Shown here one piece after another: positions 44,821 through 59,200 of a DNA stretch of 64,000 nucleotides. Source of the DNA: Setoptus koraiensis. Taxonomy: Eukaryota > Animalia > Arthropoda. The notes under the pieces are model-generated. The model saw only the letters and a program-made list of their open reading frames with translations, had not been told where the DNA came from and made no database searches. The position numbers were made by a program, and so were the translations under genes. Positions within the stretch are counted from its first letter, which is position 1. Each line of letters opens with the position of its first letter. The stretch is taken from contig CM106585.1 of NCBI GenBank assembly GCA_048013815.1, forward strand, positions 18,228,001-18,292,000. The letters run 5' to 3'.

Positions 44821-47640
44821 ATGATCGGCGAATCGTCGCGGAATGCTTAGCGCCAGCTCGCATGCTACCTGACGCCCACAACAAAAGCCAGTCTGGCCGT
44901 TAGGACTCAACCGTCAGCTTGGGGCGCGCAAAGCGACAACATAATGATCTCGTCGCGAATCACAGCCAGAGCAACGTTGGAGCCCAGCACGCGCATTGTT
45001 GTGCTGCCGGTGGCGGGCGACACAAAAATAGCGAGCGAAAGTGGAGAGATCCTCTCATCGGACACGAAATTGATAATTGATTGAAAGTACAATGTGCCGA
45101 CTTTCTTGAATTTCGTCGATATCGCCAAATCGTCGATATCGCTGTTACATGGCGTAGCGAAACATGCGACGGAGCGGAGGCCCCCTCTGTCGTATGTTCT
45201 GTACATGAACAGTGGCGGAGTCTGGCGAGCGCTGTCGCAAACGAGATTCATCATGCAAATGCAACTTTTTTGAGCTTGCCCGTGGGATAACTATGACTGT
45301 GGCGCCACTGTCATATGTCGCGAGGCCCGTTAAACGGATCACCGGATTTACCTGTGCAGCGCCAACTGGACAGTCATCTGGCAAATTTCGCACACACTGC
45401 TCAGTGGCGGCGGTTTGATCGGTTAGATTGCCGCAGTGCGAGACTATTATCGAGACTATTAGCGAGACTATTAGTGGCCCTGGCGCGGCTACGGCAACCC
45501 GAGCCAATCCGAGCCAACCCAAGGCCTAAAAGGGGCGCCACCATTAGGGGGCGAGCGCGCGCTAGTTTATCTCCAATTCGCGACCAGTTTGGGGCCCACT
45601 CTACGGCTTATTGTGATAACTGTTGGTGAATGGCGACACACACACACACACACACACACATGGCGGCAATCAGACAAAGTCATCAGTATAGGTGAGTACA
45701 CCCCACCCAAGTGCCCCCCCCCATTCACTGGGGCCCATTGATCCGATCGGTGTGCGGGCGGTGATGGCGCACAATATGGCGCCACCATCGCCAGTCATTA
45801 CTGTTGGGCCAACTGGCTTTGCGTGCGCCGCCATTGGCCGAAAAAGCCAGCCCGAGTGGGCCCCAATTTGGTTAGTTTGTTGTCCGTGTTGTCGTGTGTG
45901 TGTGTGTGTGTGTGTTGATACGCCCGCCGTGCGCTGTGAGAGTAAGAGCGGGCTAGGCGTACCTTCATTTGGGGGCCCTGCTCTCCCTAATTATAATCTA
46001 TTACATGACACGACGCGCGGGTCCCGCTAATCGTCCGCCTCTAAGTGAGCCTAAGTCGGGCTGGCTGGCATCCATCAGCTCATGCAAAGTCATAATTTAG
46101 GCCCCTCGTGAACGCGCGCCCTCACATGGCGCGGGTCAAGGGATGCTGTTTGGCCGGATTAAGCACCGCTGGCCGCGTCCGAATCAAACAAACAGTTTCC
46201 TTTCGCACTTGAGTTATGGCAGTTATTGTCTGACAGGTTTAGGGGGCCCCTTCATCAAGTGATACATGTGCCATTTCTATAAGTGCAAGTGTTGAGCCGA
46301 TTGTTGCGTGCTGCAAGCCGGTTAGATGGGACCCCTCTCTCTCTCTCTCTCTCTCTTGCCCCATATATCCACTGCATAATATCCAGCTGTCGGTGACGAT
46401 TACTCGCTGGGCCGTCGCTGTTGCGTGGACAAATATCGTGCCCGGTGGCCGGCGCGGCCAACACAAATTATTGCTATCTAATTACATTATTATGTCACAG
46501 TTGTGTTGCCATATCGCTGCCGAATTGGACGAATTAATATATGTATGAACAAGCAGCAACTAATAGCATTGTGCCGTTATGATAATGCGCATATTTGCCG
46601 TCGTAACATGTTGCCATTGTGGCCGATTTTGGCTCGCTTTTCCTCTGCATTTATCCTTGCTTTTCGCTGACTTTTTGCGCCCTCGCGCGGAGCCCCAGGG
46701 ATAAAAACACGCACTACAAACAGCACTACAAACAGCACTGGCAAACAGCGAACGCCACAAATAACAAGTTGTTGGTATTCGTTGTGGCGCGAACACTTTT
46801 TGCCAGCCCGTCGTCTGGCGGCCGTAACTGGCACCAAAACTGGCAACGAAACTGGCAACGCAATGACGCCCTAACTGGACTAGTTTCCGCCTGAATGGCC
46901 AGCCGCTGGTCGCCACTGGAAAAAGAAGGCGCCAAATGTGGCCAGTTATGGGGGCTGTGCGGCTATTTCGGGGCCGTTTGGATAGGCGGCGAGATAGGGG
47001 CCACATCTCGACGACGTCTCGGCAAGTGCGAGTCACAACGAGCCCCCAATACTCATTACTAGACTATTAGCGCTAATAGCCACTAATAGATAATAGATGA
47101 CAATATGCAAATGGCATCGCCCGTGCGCGTCCCTGTTGCATCACAATGGTGCACCGTTATCGATGCCTAATAAATAAACGTCGCCGAGGCTGTTTTTGTC
47201 GGCGCGTCATTGTGTAATCATGGCCGCGCGTTGACAATTGGCGGCCCGTGGGCTCGTGCGCTCCACTTGCTCAACTTGCAACAACTTGTTTGTGGCGCTC
47301 GACAAGTCGCCGCAAACAAGTAGCTCCGAACAACGTGATGCAATCATCATCCGCGGGTTGCGCAAACAAAGCCACCCTCGGAAATAGCCAAACAGCAGCC
47401 AAATAGCAGCAGCGGCCAACAGCAGCGCCAGTCAGTTTGTCGTTAGTCGACATAACGGTTAGTTGACATAGCGGGCAGCACGGCGAGCCAGCACGTTGTG
47501 ACACGTGCTGATGGCCAGACACCCATCCCTGAGGTCTGCTCGGCTGGCCTCAAGTGCCGGCCAGCACAACAGCGGAAATGACAGGGCGCAAGACGCGAGA
47601 CAAGGGGGCGCGACTCGCGCACGCAGTGAATTATCGCGCC

Positions 47641-47690
47641 CTCTGATCATCAGAGTCTGATCATCAGAGTCTGATCATCAGAGTCTGATG
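47641..47690. repeat. 14-bp tandem repeat tctgatcatcagag, 3.5 units, each quasi-palindromic
   Basis: Directly visible; ctctgat-c-atcagag is an inverted repeat with a 1-nt spacer. Confidence 0.9.
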
Positions 47691-50166
47691 AAGGGGGCGC
47701 GGGTGAGATAATTTAGCCAGAGGCACGCGCTCATAATTAATGCCAGCCCCTTTGCCGTCGCTGCTGCCCGCGGAGCGCCCGTCTGACGGTTGGCCTCGAA
47801 TGGCCGCAGTATTCGCTCGGAAAGAGCGCAAACAAAAGCAATTGCCACCCGACCAGCCGTTCGGATAAAAAATGACGCTGAAAAATGACGGCGAGCTGTT
47901 GGCCCGGCAAACCAGCCGGCTGCGGCCTGGCAGCTGCTCGCACCGCAGCCACAATCTCCCGAGGCCGGCCGGGCAACGTGCCCGAGAATGGCCGTTGGTT
48001 GGCCAGTTGTCGAGCGAAGTTGCTTGTTTGTCTGTTGGCCGACATTGTTAATTCCGGCTTTTTCATAATTCAAACCGAGCAACAACAAACACAAATTAAA
48101 TTATACGCGGCACCTGACGGACGTCGACCGCACTCAATTTCACCCGGGGGGCCGGCGGCCGACCCCAAATGGCACTCACCCACAATGGCGGCGCTGCCAG
48201 CGGCAATCAGGCCGATATCATTGGCGGTCACATTAGCATATTGGCCCCACGCAACAACGGCAATGGCTTTTTGCACACTTGCTGCGTTCACGGACTATTC
48301 ATTAGCCGCATGATTAATAAAACAATTTTATGTCGGCCAAGCTAACTGGAAAAAGCACTCACTCGTGACACAGCCGCCGCTTCATTGGCAACCGAGCAAC
48401 CGAGCATCGGCCGAAATTTGTTTGTAGTTGCTCAGTTGCTGTGAAAATTGTTTTGGCCCCAAATTGTTTGGGCCGACGTAGGGCGCCCATACAATTTGGG
48501 CGCAAGTTGGGCGCGCATCCCAATGCAATGCAATGCGATAGCAATAGCCTGCTCAATGGCAACACCTTTGTTACATGGGTCGCTATCGGACCGTAACCCT
48601 ATTACGTAATGTATCTTATTACGCGCGTCTTATCCCTTAGATTTATTCATATGGCCAGGCCGATTCTGCAATTCGATGCCTCGCCTTTGTTGCCTGGGCC
48701 CCAAGTTCGAGGCCCAAATCGAATAGGAGTTGCCGGACGCAAACTGTCTTGTTTTGTTCCAATTGTTTACGCGATCCCGTCATTCAATTAGCTATTGTTG
48801 TTGTTGTTGTTGTCGTTGTTGTTGTTGCTGTTGTTGTTGCTGCTGCTGCTGTTGTTGTTGTTGTTGTTGTTGCTGCTGCTGCTGTTGTTGTTGTGGATGT
48901 TATGGAGGGTTGCGGTCGCATCGCGAATTATCTGTCGGAGAGGGAGAGACAGAGACGCACAGACAGAGTCATGATGTGTGTAATTTGTTTAGTTTGGTTT
49001 TATTGCCCGCTCGCTTACATTTGGTTGGCTGGTTTGCAAATATTTACATACACCGGAACTCGTGATGCAACAATAATGGCATACATTTGTATATATGGCA
49101 TAGAGACTCTCTATGAGAGAGCGCCTCTTGCGCTCGCATCGTAAAGTAACGTATGTCGTGTAGCTCGCATCATTTGGCTCACACCGTGATATGCGGATCG
49201 GGGGGCCCGGTAATGTTCTGGCGAGCGCACAATTGGGAGCCACAATTGATCTCTTGCCACCAGCGATCAACGGTCCCGATCACTACATTCAATGTAGTAC
49301 ATTGTTCCAACTTGACTCTCCAGTGTCTGATCCTCAGCCAACTTTATGTCCACCGGCGCTCGCTCGCTCGCCAACATATCCCTTGTTGTGTGGATTATCT
49401 CGATACGTGTATTTCGTCTCTTTGTGGCCTCATAACTACCGGTTACTTTTGGCCCAATACGCGGCCAGTTTCGTGTATCAACGACGCATCCACAATACAA
49501 TATCCGCATGGTGCTATAATCTGAGGGGCCTCACACAGAGGGCCCGTGACTCACAGGCACTCTCATGTTGGTCGTGTCGATCGTAGCGCCGATAAAGGGC
49601 GCTCTGGGCACACTAAGCGTCAGCAGTATACACACTATAGCCACTCCAGTCTAATAGGATCTAATGGGGCCCGAGCATCAGCATTGTTCGAGCACAAGTG
49701 GCTTACGAGGTTGCTAACTCGAATTGAGTCACTAGTGGCATTTTTAGCATCGCTTTCGTCCAACGGGCGCGACAAGTGCAAGCTTTTGCAAGTTTTTGTC
49801 GTTTTAAAAATACGCGCAAACGCCAAACGGCAAACAACAGAATTAAAATGACAAATGATTTATTTTTCGCGACTTCCCCGTAAGCCCGAGCTAGCCAGGC
49901 CAGGCCAGACCAGATCAATGGCAACACTGATAACAATGACGCCGGTGAGCCCGATTAGCGGCTCGCGTGCCCGGAACGATGAGTCTGAAATCGCAAGCCT
50001 CATTTGGCGCGCATCTCAGTGATTTTCGTACCTCCTTGCAAAAAACGAGCCAGCTCAAAGTGTGGCCCGGTCCACGGACAAACGGCACCGGCCAGTGACG
50101 AAGAACTCGACACAACAGGCAATCTGGCCTGTCCTCCAGCGACCCATGTATACAATTGTCATGCCG

Positions 50167-50552
50167 GTCGGACCTTTTTCGGACCTTTTTCAGGCTTTTT
50201 TCGGGCCTTTCCTGACCTTTTCCTGACCTTTTTCAGACATTTTTCGTACCTTTTTCGGACCTTTTTCGGACCTTTTTCGGGCGCTTTTCAGGTTTTTTTC
50301 GGGTTTTTTTCGAGCCTTTTTCGGACCTTTTTCGGACCTTTTTCGGGCGCTTTTCAGGTTTTTTTCGGGTTTTTTTCGAGCCTTTTTCGGACCTTTTTCG
50401 GACCTTTTTCGGGCTCTTTTCAGGTTTTTTCGGGTTTTTTTCGAGCCTTTTTCGAAACTTTTTCGGGCCTTTTTCGGAACTTTCAGGACATATTCGGGCC
50501 TTTCCTGACCTTATTCGGACCTTTTTCAAAACTTTTTCGAAACTTTTTCGGG
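50167..50552. repeat. 11-bp T-tract satellite with a 66-bp higher-order repeat
   Basis: Base unit cggaccttttt; a six-unit block restarts at 50249, 50315, 50381 and 50446. Confidence 0.9.
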
Positions 50553-51900
50553 AGATCCTCTCGGGCTGTCCGGTGTTCGTGGCTGCAATCATTAGCCAGG
50601 TGAGATAAATGGTCGGAACAGAGCGCCGCATGCCGTAAAGTGGCAACAATGTTGCCGCTTGTTGTTGCGAAACTGAACCGAAAATCATAATCATTACCTT
50701 GCCGGCCGAAGGGGCTCCTTTGGCCAGCGTGCTTGCCATCGTGCGGCAAACATTGCGCTGTTGTGAGCTGCGGGCACTTTGTAGCAGCGTTGAAGCACTT
50801 TATTTTCAATCAAGCTCATTAAGTTGTTTATGGCTTATATAAATAATGTAAAACAATAGCATCGTCAGGCATAACAAGCCGGCCCTGTGCACCCATCACA
50901 CCCCGCGCTGAGCGATGGCGGACAAACGGGCCCCAGTGGGCGCTGACAGGCCCCAGTTGATGCTCACGGGCCGATTGAAGCGCTACGACACGAGCAGTTC
51001 CGTCTCGCTGGTCGGAAACTTTTTTCGGCCGGCAAAAGTCGCCATGAATCTGGCGCGTTCGTTAGCTCGCAGGCCGACCGAATCGAGGTCAAATATACGC
51101 ATACATATGTGGCAATGATATACATATGTGAGGAGCAGAGACTGTGGATTGGCCTCAATCTGACTTTGCAGTTTGCTTTCATCAATAAACATACAAAACT
51201 TTACATACATGAATATCCGAGCTGGCACATATGCGCGCCTGGAATGCCAATCAGACCATAGACGATCATATTAATGGTGGCGTGGGCCCGGAGGTTTCCC
51301 TCAGCGCGTCTGTGAGGCCCCGTCCGCGGGCCCGGCGAGCGCGTTTGCGGCCGGCGAGACGAGCCAGCGTTGACTGGGTAACTCATGTATCGAGCGGCCG
51401 GCTGAGATCATTTGTCAAGCGGTCCGAGGCGCTACCCAGTAGAGCGGACGACGGCCCGTTTTTGTTGGCCAGACGCTGGCCGGCGGTCGGCCGGCAGAGT
51501 GTGGCCGGCGCTATTGTCGCGGCTGCCGCAACGCCAATGAAATGCCCGAGATTCGAAATGGTATCAAAGTTTTCAGAAATGCACTCAACGCATTTATCAA
51601 AAAAGTGCCACTGGTTGTATTATTGTAACTGATACTGTTGCCACCGCTGCGCCACCAACAACAATAACGACAACAGCAATGCCGGCAGCAATAACAGCAA
51701 CGACAACCGCACCAACTGGCAACCAAAGTCAGCGGGTCAAAACAAAAAACTTGAACGAAAACGCTTCAATTGAGCACACATAGAGAGATCTCAATCATTA
51801 AGTATCTAGATCGCGAATGTTGCGCGCTCGGAGGTATTCATGGCCCACTGGCAGTTACTGATCTGACAAGATATAGGGGCCCGAGTGCCGCCGGCGAGCA

Positions 51901-51985
51901 ATTTCCAGATATAGCCCGATATAGCCAGATATTGCGTGATAGAGCCAGATATAGCCGGATAGAGCCAGATATGGCCGGATAGAGT
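51901..51985. repeat. 10-bp tandem repeat gata(t/g)agcc(a/g), about 8 units
   Basis: gat recurs every 10 bp from 51908 to 51978. Confidence 0.85.
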
Positions 51986-52253
51986 CGTTGCGACGCTTGC
52001 TTGTTTCGGCACGCAAATCGCAAAGATTTGTGCGCAAAGTCACCACTGCCGACTTGCCATTGGGCCCGGCGGCTTTGTTGCCGGGCCAGTGGCATTAAAT
52101 AAAATTTGCATATCCATATAGGCGAACGAGAAGGCGCCGGGCGAGCTGCACAAGACGACGTGTGGCTAGGCTTTGTTGGCGCGAACATTTGTTAACAAGA
52201 ACAGTGATAGTTTCTTATTTTTAGTTTTTATGTACTTTCCAGCTCGCCACCAC

Positions 52254-52420
52254 TTTATCCGCTCGCTATTGCGTTTATCCGCTCGCTATTGCGTTTATCC
52301 GCTCGCTATCGCGTTTATCCGCTCGCTATCGCGTTTATCCGCCCGTTCTCGCGTCTGTCCGCCCGTTCTCGCGTTTGTCCGCCCGTTCTCGCGTTTATCC
52401 GCTCGTTGTTGTGTTTATCC
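52254..52420. repeat. 20-bp minisatellite, about 8 units, two variant blocks
   Basis: 4x gctcgctat(t/c)gcgtttatcc, then 3x gcccgttctcgcgt(c/t)t(g/a)tcc, then a degenerate unit. Confidence 0.9.
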
Positions 52421-53212
52421 GGCTCGCTGGTTCGGGGCGCCAGCTGAATTTGTTCGGGTTCACGGGCCACATTAGCGCCGACTAAGCACAGGTACGAGGG
52501 CGCCTGCTGCCGCTTGTGAGACCGACCGCAGCACAGCCGCAGCGAAACAACAAAAAAGGGGCACCGATTATGTGCGAAATGCGGCTCTAGAGTCTAGACG
52601 CTATTTGTTATTACTTAACGGGCCGTTACATGGGGCCGCAGCGCTGCACGTATCGACGATTGTGATCCGTCCATCGATCTCTGCGGCACATCTTGTGTCG
52701 GGTGTGGAAATCTGGCCCGCTACAACCGCCAACAGCATCGTATTGTAACAGTAGCATTTCTTATATTTTATATTGGCGGGATGGAATAGCAAGAAACGAG
52801 CGAGCCGGTTTCGTTCATCGACACAAGACAACAACCGCATGTGAGCTTGTCTGGCTAGATTAACTAGGACTTAAGCCGGCGGCTGACAGGGCCCCATTTG
52901 TCGACGGCCCGCGCTGGGCTTAATTTCCGCTTCCGCGTTGCTCTTTTTAATCATCGTCGCGGTGTCTAGATTTGTGGGACTTGTATTGAGAGACTGACAG
53001 CCAGTGTTTGAATGTTTTGAGCTGTGTCGGCCCGCGAAAAAGTGGCCTCGAATATGCGCCATTGTGGCATCGTGGGCACCGCCGACCAGTAATGATTTTT
53101 CCGGCGCCTCACAGCAAAATTTTGCTGCAAATTGCCGCCTCAGTATGGCGCTAAATTTTTCAGATATTTGTTCTTGACAACATGGCGTGGGCGGCTTTTT
53201 TCTGCGGCTTCT

Positions 53213-53280
53213 TTTGGTTTTTCTGGGTTTTCTGGTTTTTCTAGTTTTTCTGGTTTTGCTGGTTTCTCTGGTTTTTCTGG
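53213..53280. repeat. 9-bp tandem repeat tctggtttt, about 7 units
   Basis: Units start at 53222, 53231, 53240, 53249, 53258, 53267 and 53276. Confidence 0.8.
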
Positions 53281-56200
53281 ACAAAATCACGCGCGCGCGC
53301 GATTGTCGCACCGGGGGCAAAAGGGCTCGCTCGAGCGGGTTTATCGGGCCCTTGTTGGACTTGTGTGCGCGTGCAATCCACTCAATTTTGTATAGCGCGT
53401 TGCCACTCCAACCAATCATTATAATTAATATAATAATTGGCAGGGCCCCAATGTGAGCGGGGCCTCGCGGCCGGCTCAATGGCCGCTCATGGCATCTTGC
53501 ATTTCGCCCAGGCCCAATTGATATCGGCCAAGAAACGGGGGCCGAGCCCGAGCCGGTCTAGCCAGCCAGAACAAAAAAGATTATTGTTATCGCTGTTGTT
53601 GGCGGCGCCAGTTCGTGCCTGAAAATTTAATGCAACTATTGTCTAATGGGATTACTTTTGTGGGGCACTTTGTGTGTGTGTGCATTTTTGTCAGCTCAAT
53701 TTGCGCTGCTTCACGTTGTTGCGTATGAGACAAGGGCAAGGGGGCCGTCAATGGGCCCGAATGGTCTTGAATACAGATTTGCTGCTTGGCGGGCCGGCGA
53801 GCGGCTATCGCTCATTGCGCCTGGCTACACACACACGCACGCCACCCGCCGCCATGCCAGTTCTCGAGCCAGTTGAGAATCTGAATCTGGGGATGCAGAG
53901 TAACGACGAAAAAATAGCAATCCAATAGTGTCTTGCAATTTCGCGATCCAATGTTATTGTATCTCTATTTTAATTTATCGCCACTTGGCCCCCCAGCAGT
54001 CGCCCCAGTGTGCGACTCGGCGTTTGCCGAGCCAACTCGAGCGGTCGAGTCAACCAAATCCAGTTAGTATATGCTATCACATCAACACACACACACACAC
54101 ACACGCACACACACACGCACACACACACGCACGGATATCAAAACAAATCGTTAGCGATTACATTTGGTCGATTTATGCCGCTGCGCTGTCACTGGCGAGG
54201 GGCGAGGGGCGCGGGGCCCCAACTCGCCTTGTCGCTATGTTGTGTACGAGTTGTGCTGCCAGTTTGCTGCCTGTCAAGTACGGCCACTAAATCTATTCAA
54301 CTATGGGGTGCGGGCACCAAAAGCCCGACCAACAAAAACGCCTGTGCGGCACACGCGCACAGAGAGTGCAAAGTGCCAATAGTGTGCCCTTTTGCACCGT
54401 GGCCTCAAGCAGGCTCAGAATCGTGCTAACGCACCAACTGTGCCATATAACACAATCGTGGTGTGGGCGAGCTTTTTCCGATGCACCTACATCGATACAC
54501 GAAAGGTCCGCGAGGGCGGCGCTGCACTGCGCTCTCTGTTGAACAACGCACGCGAACAACAGCGTGCGAGCGACGCCTCTGGTGGATCTTTCACAAAACA
54601 TCGGCGCACGTAGGCACAAAACTCAAGCGGCGCGCAATGATTTTGTGCACAAAATGCACTTTTCTAGGCAGCCTGGCATAATGCGTAGAAACGGGGCCAC
54701 TTGATCTTCGCACCCTATGGACAAGTTCCAATGGTATATACATATTATGTGCGCTACATTTATTACATAAAGTTATCTCGGTTACATAACGATTGACGCT
54801 GTTGGTGCTGTCGTTGTTGTTGTGAAAGGGTCTCGCTGAGTTGTTTGTGGCCGTTGTTGGAGCGACATGCGACGAAAGAAAGTCGCGCAAGAAAAATGTG
54901 GAAACGAGTGCCGAGTTGCTTGTCTCAATCGTATCGATTCGCTCAATTGGATTGAGTCTATCGCTGGCAGTTTGTCGGATGTGAACACAGTAATAAACAA
55001 AACAGAGATATGCACTCATATCAACATTACGCAATGACTGCTGTAATACACTGTGCTGTGACGTGCTGTGTTTGGTTTGAGGAAACAAGAGGAAATCAAT
55101 GTTACGTCACAGAGTAGTTGTGTTGCATGCCAATGATGAGTAGTCAGTAACTAGATCACCAACTTATCACTGGTAACTTACCAGTGGTAAGTTAGCGCTA
55201 CTAATAACCGGTCAATGACAGTCGTCTGTGTTTGCTGGTATATGATGGCGATAAATCACTGGCGACTCATGTATCTGTATTAATTATCCAGTCTGGCGCC
55301 TGTACCCGTTGCTGCCAATGTGTCCAGTAGAGTCAGCTTGATTGAACAGCCTTGAACAGCTTGCTGGTATCAAAATTGAGCAAGTTGCACGCACCAATTG
55401 CACTTGAGAGTGGGCCGGATTATCAGTGAAACTGGCCACTACAAACTCTCTAAATTTAACACGCCAGACACTATCGAACAGCCAAACTCGCCTAGCCAAC
55501 CTGACCAATCGGCTGACACCTTCGCTGCGCCGACAGCCCGTCGTTGTCCAGCTTGTGACAACTTTTCACTGGCAAGCCGCTGGTTTGTACGTTGTATGAC
55601 TCGCTCCAACTCGAGCAAACCAATTATCGCCAAAGCGGTCCTCAATTGCCTCAACAGCAGACATTAATGAGCGAGCAATGTTGTCACCACTTGGGCGAGA
55701 TGCAGCGATGATTGGACTCGGCGACCCGTTATCAAGCAGTTGCAACAACAATAATAATAATATAATTTCAATTCACCTGGCCACGCTGCGCGTGGGCGAC
55801 AAATGAATTTCTTCTTTTGGGCCGCTCTCGCAGGCTGCCTCCATCAACGAGAGGCCCGCAGTGGGGTCCTTCGAGAAGCCGTGGCACAGCGATGGGGCCA
55901 GCACAACAATTAGATTGCGCGTTTGTTCGGGCCTCAGCTCTACTTACTGAATCATGACGAGCCAGACGCGCAAGTTAACGAGCAAAAGTTAACGGGCTGG
56001 CCAAACCGTAAAATCGGCTTGTTTTGGTGTTTTCATCACACACACACAAACAACTGTGACTTGTGATTTAAATTTCATTGAACTCTCTAATGGAGCCAGC
56101 GGCAACAGAGACGGATCCAACGGACTAAAGTCGCCCCAAAGCGGCACTACGGCGCGAGACAAAATATTAAGACCAAAACAACCGACTTGCTCAAATGACC

Positions 56201-59200
56201 ATTAATAATGATGCCTGATGGCATGCTCTGATGAGTCTATCTGTCCAAATGTCTCAACGTGTGTCCAGTGTCTCAATGTGTTCCTCTCTATTTCCTTGCG
56301 GCCGACGACTCATACGGCGAGCCGATACATTAAATGTTTCATTTTTGTGTCTCCACTAGCTCGCTCTCGAGCGCCACTAATGCACGCTGAAAACTCGAAA
56401 CCCGTCGCCCACTGTCCAGCGTCCAGTGTCCAGCTCCGGCCAACTCGTCATTTGGCCATTTAGCTCGCTGGCTGGCGGCTCGATGGGCCCGCCAACTAGC
56501 GTACACTTGCGACACAACAACACGTGATCGCTACGTGCACGTCATGTGAACACGATGACAGAATCTCAGAGACGCACCAATCGAGGGGCGCCCGCCCAAA
56601 CGAGCGCGCCGGAGAACAAACGTGGCGCCATCTACAATGAGATATTATCCGCTGTGACATTTTCGCCAGGCGCTGCTGCTATATGTGCCTCGGGCAGCTT
56701 GTGTCTGACTTGTGACAAGTTGTCACATTAGACAATTAGTTCGGCCACTGTCACATTGACAATTGTTGTTTGAGCGTGCTTGCTCGCTTGTTTGCTTGTT
56801 TGAGACCCTCAAATTGAAAGAGAGAAATTGTCAAAATCAACCAACTAGCAGCAACTTTTAGCGCCATCTCGCCATACTTCGCCCCAACCTCGAGCAACAA
56901 ACTTTTAGGCCCGGCTCTTTTGGCGCTTCGGCGGGGCCCCTCGCAACTCGCCTGCGAGAGGCGCCACTGAGAGAGGCGCCACTGGCCGGCCGGCAGGCCG
57001 AACAAACAACAAAACGGCCTCTGACTTCAATATCTTCGAGCTGTTTCGTTGTTCGGCTGCAAGCTGGCTGCAAACAAGAGCAAAAGAACACAATTGCAAC
57101 GAAACAATCTATCCACAGACCCAGCCGCACAAAGCGACACAAAGAGCGAGAAAAGTGCTCGCTGCAACGACAGCTTTGGGGCCAATTTCGGGCCCTTATT
57201 CACGGCCCCTTCGCCCGTTCGATGTCGAGATTCGCACCTGTCACAGGCTTGCATTCCAGGGCGATTTAATGAGACGAGCCGAGTGCCGCTAAGCTGCTTA
57301 TTGGTTTCTCATGTAAAGCGTCGTTCGCTCACATTCCTCGAGCGCTCGCATATCTCGAGCTCTTGCATACCGTTCGAACAGAACAGGTTGTGGGGGGGTG
57401 GGTGGCACAGATGTGTGAATATTGTTTCGAATTAATGGATTTACAGCAAACTGGCCCCAATGCGACGACGAATTTTCTTGCCGTCGCCGCCTTTCAAAAT
57501 CTCGATTTTTTTCTCGCGCGCGCGCCCGTCCATTGTTCAATAGTGTGAAGAGGATCATGAATAAATTATCAGCCTGCAGGGTATTTCGATAGGGACCCGT
57601 TTGTTCCGACATCCGGCTACCAGATTGGCGGGCCCAATCAATTGGGCCATTGGCAAGCGTCTGTGGCACTTATCAATGCTGCCGCTTCCGGTCGTCCGAC
57701 CACCAACAATAACAAAACAAAAGTGCCGTTAATGGCCGCTGGCGAGCCGACAGCCGGTGATATAATATACATTTTGGCGGTCGGTTTAGCGGGGCCCGAG
57801 ACCGAGGGAATTACCGCTCGTATTCGACTCGTGGCTCAGACTGCGCCTCAAGTCGAAACGATGTGTCAATTTCTCTGCTGCTGAATGATAGGCAAACTTG
57901 GTGTTTCGAACGAAATTTCATTAGATTTTCGCGAATCATGGCGCGAAAAATAGCCCGCTTGGCTGTATACGGAAAGAATAGAAAGATATAGAAACGGAAG
58001 GCGCTAGTCAGGTGAAAAACAGTCCGATGCATCAAGTTAACCTCGCCAAATGTGCATATGCTCAGGTGACGCTCTTTTCTAATAGGAATCCCTCAAGAGG
58101 CCGCTCCTCATTCTGCGGGCCTCATGGCCATGTCGACCGATGGCTGATGGCGGCTACAAATTGCATGAGGCATTAACCATATGCCCCTGGTGTTGCAATT
58201 GCGCCGGCAATGTGCAGACTATGCTGTATGACGGAGGGGGCCATAAATTACAGTAATAAGTGACTTAATTTGTTTGTTTAAAGCGCCAGCAGTAAAATTA
58301 AGCGCCCCATCCAGAGAGGGGCCCATCTATTTATTTGCTCTCAATAGACAGCTAAAGTATGCGGATCAGTACACACGCTCGCTCGTTCTGTCTTCCGGTT
58401 TGGCTTGACTGGACTTGTTGTGGGGCCGCACATATTGTGCTCCTCATCTTATTCTGCTCGCATCATATCGGTTAAGGGCTTCTTTTGGTGGGCATCTCGC
58501 TCGCCATGACAGCGCGATATATGGCCTGAAATTAGGCGCCTCGTGCAGACTCGAGCACAATAAGAGGATCATGGTTACAATTAAATAGTGAGTGAGTGCT
58601 GTTTGGTGGGCCGTCTCAAGGCACTTGGCCACAACCGAACACCACTTGTACATTATTGCAACATATACTCAACAACAAATCTAATAAAGACACACAACAG
58701 CTTGCCAGAGAACAGTTTATTGCCTGCTTGTTTCAACCAACCGGAACAAGTCTCTTCTTCTCATATCGCGCACTTGTCTTACGCAATCCTGTTGTCCTCT
58801 CCATGCTGGCGCTCTTATCATTGGATTATTCGTCGAGAGTCGAGACGGATAATCCAGCCGGCACAGTTTGCGGCAATTTCAACATTGGCCCGATGCTACC
58901 CGATCTTCATGGACTTGGGACAACTTTCGCCAGTTCTCGCTCTTATCTCTCAGGGGCGCTCTCAGTTAGACGGCCCAGCAAAATCTAGCCTCATGGCCAA
59001 ATGAACGGCCAATATAATAATATTTACAAAATTTTGTAACTGAATTTTGTACTATGCAAATGTTGTTGTTGTCGTCGTCGTTGAACGATAAACTTGTCAG
59101 AGATGTTTGATCGTTATCGCATGGCAGCGAATATATTATTGCATTATCAGCACTTGCAATCCTTTTCTGACAAAATCATTTTGCTCTGAATTTCGGTAAA

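Noticed and set aside
47641-47690. CRISPR-like palindromic repeats
   Set aside because: Units are contiguous with no spacers, there are no cas genes and the context is eukaryotic.
48730-49144. Poly-Cys and poly-Val/Ala ORFs
   Set aside because: (TTG/CTG)n microsatellite translations.
50004-50739. Lys-rich (histone H1-like) and Phe-rich ORFs
   Set aside because: Both are translations of the 11/66-bp satellite inside the GPCR intron.
58588-59004. Two overlapping 130-138-aa plus-strand ORFs in the intron
   Set aside because: No recognisable domain or transposon motif, and the starts are non-ATG.
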